A stretch of DNA of 64,000 bases. It comes from a virus. Under the pieces are notes generated by a model. It worked only from the letters and a program-made list of their open reading frames with translations. It was not told the DNA's origin and did not search any database. The position numbers were made by a program, and so were the translations under genes. The stretch is from the IMG/VR virus record IMGVR_UViG_3300045988_151707, positions 1-64,000 of that record; one strand, 5' to 3'. This document shows positions 63,340-64,000 of the stretch, in pieces (the first letter of the stretch is position 1; each line of letters opens with the position of its first letter).

Positions 63340-63996
63340 TCAGTGCCGGGTAAAGGCTTGCGGACGCATGACGAAGATGGCGTTGTCCTGGTTGTCGTAA
63401 TCGAATATGGGCTGTTTGTCCGGTCCGGTTATTTCAGTGAGCGGCGGCACATACAGCGGAGAATCCTTGATAAACTCTCCGAAAGAATCCTGATGGTTGG
63501 AAATAAATTTGCGTGCCTTTGTCATGGAATAAGCTGCCTCGTTTTCGCTGTACTTTCGCTGTTTTTCCGGACGGCGCGACTCGATGTAGAGTGCCAGCGC
63601 CATGCGCAGACAGTCCACCGCCTTCTGCCACACCGCATTTATGGCATCCTTGTCTTCGCCCGTGAAAAGGTCAGACTTTAGCGAGCGCGTGCACCATTTC
63701 ACCAGCGCATCGGTCAGCTCCTCCCCTATCTCCGGCTCTATGTAGGCGCTCTGGCAATAGCGGATGTCAGGCAACATGGCGATGAACTTCTCCCGGCTTT
63801 CGTTAATATCCAGAAAACGGTTCATCTCGATGGCGGTAGTAAACAGCAAGTCGCCCTGAAGGTAGAAGTAACGGCTTTCGCGCCACAAATCGGCAAACAC
63901 GGGGGCCTGACTGCACGCATCCTCTTCCAGGAATACCAGCAGACGGTCTACTCCGCGACGTCCCTTGAAATACGCATCGCGTTCAAACCGGCTCAC
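63340..63996 (-). CDS. Hypothetical protein, probably 5'-truncated by the window edge
   Basis: The ORF starts on a GTG 5 nt from the window end, so it likely continues beyond 64000. Confidence 0.45.
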   Translation of the reverse strand: MSRFERDAYFKGRRGVDRLLVFLEEDACSQAPVFADLWRESRYFYLQGDLLFTTAIEMNRFLDINESREKFIAMLPDIRYCQSAYIEPEIGEELTDALVKWCTRSLKSDLFTGEDKDAINAVWQKAVDCLRMALALYIESRRPEKQRKYSENEAAYSMTKARKFISNHQDSFGEFIKDSPLYVPPLTEITGPDKQPIFDYDNQDNAIFVMRPQAFTRH

Positions 63997-64000
63997 GGAT

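Noticed and set aside
1-64000. tRNA or rRNA genes, and stop-codon reassignment
   Set aside because: No cloverleaf-like or T-loop consensus segments were noticed by eye. Long ORFs such as the 2154-aa tape measure and the 1099-aa primase are intact under the standard code, so recoding is not indicated. A tRNAscan-type search would be needed to exclude tRNAs formally.

Overview
The whole window reads as one tailed dsDNA phage or prophage of a Bacteroidota host; no clearly bacterial genes are present. The host guess rests on TAnnTTTG -7 boxes, mostly absent Shine-Dalgarno sites, Bacteroides-type HU proteins and lipoboxes. Nearly all genes are on the minus strand. Left to right the modules are: (1) AT-rich accessory genes, an HU-like gene and a KilA-N antirepressor (0.4-6.7 kb); (2) a head module with large terminase, a DUF2829/Tad2-like protein, tandem paralogous structural genes, major capsid and an S49 protease-scaffold (6.9-17.6 kb); (3) a ~1 kb gene-free regulatory region (18.4-19.3 kb); (4) a second HU gene plus ~25 small early genes, including MazG-like, methyltransferase and zinc-ribbon proteins (19.3-27.8 kb); (5) primase-helicase, a LuxR-type regulator and a divergent multi-HTH repressor-like gene (27.8-33.9 kb); (6) tail genes and a ~2150-aa tape measure (33.9-43.6 kb); (7) a complete diversity-generating retroelement (45.3-48.6 kb); (8) a lysis cassette (53.1-55.9 kb); (9) a frameshifted tyrosine recombinase beside two convergent tail-fibre knob cassettes (56.4-58.4 kb); (10) a 1019-aa fibre gene. 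The strongest system is the DGR. Its order is target-avd-TR-RT, and its 127-bp TR/VR pair differs at 15 positions, all of them TR adenines. Other notable signals: a candidate recombinase-driven inversion switch that would swap the knob domain of a second fibre protein; eight copies of a late-promoter module (T-run, GTCCTTCA, N19, TAnnTTTG); a 116-bp duplicated element whose hairpin loop is exactly inverted between the two copies; a shared operator upstream of the antirepressor and early operons; and a phased 10-bp tandem array at the left edge. No portal, tRNA or CRISPR array was recognised.
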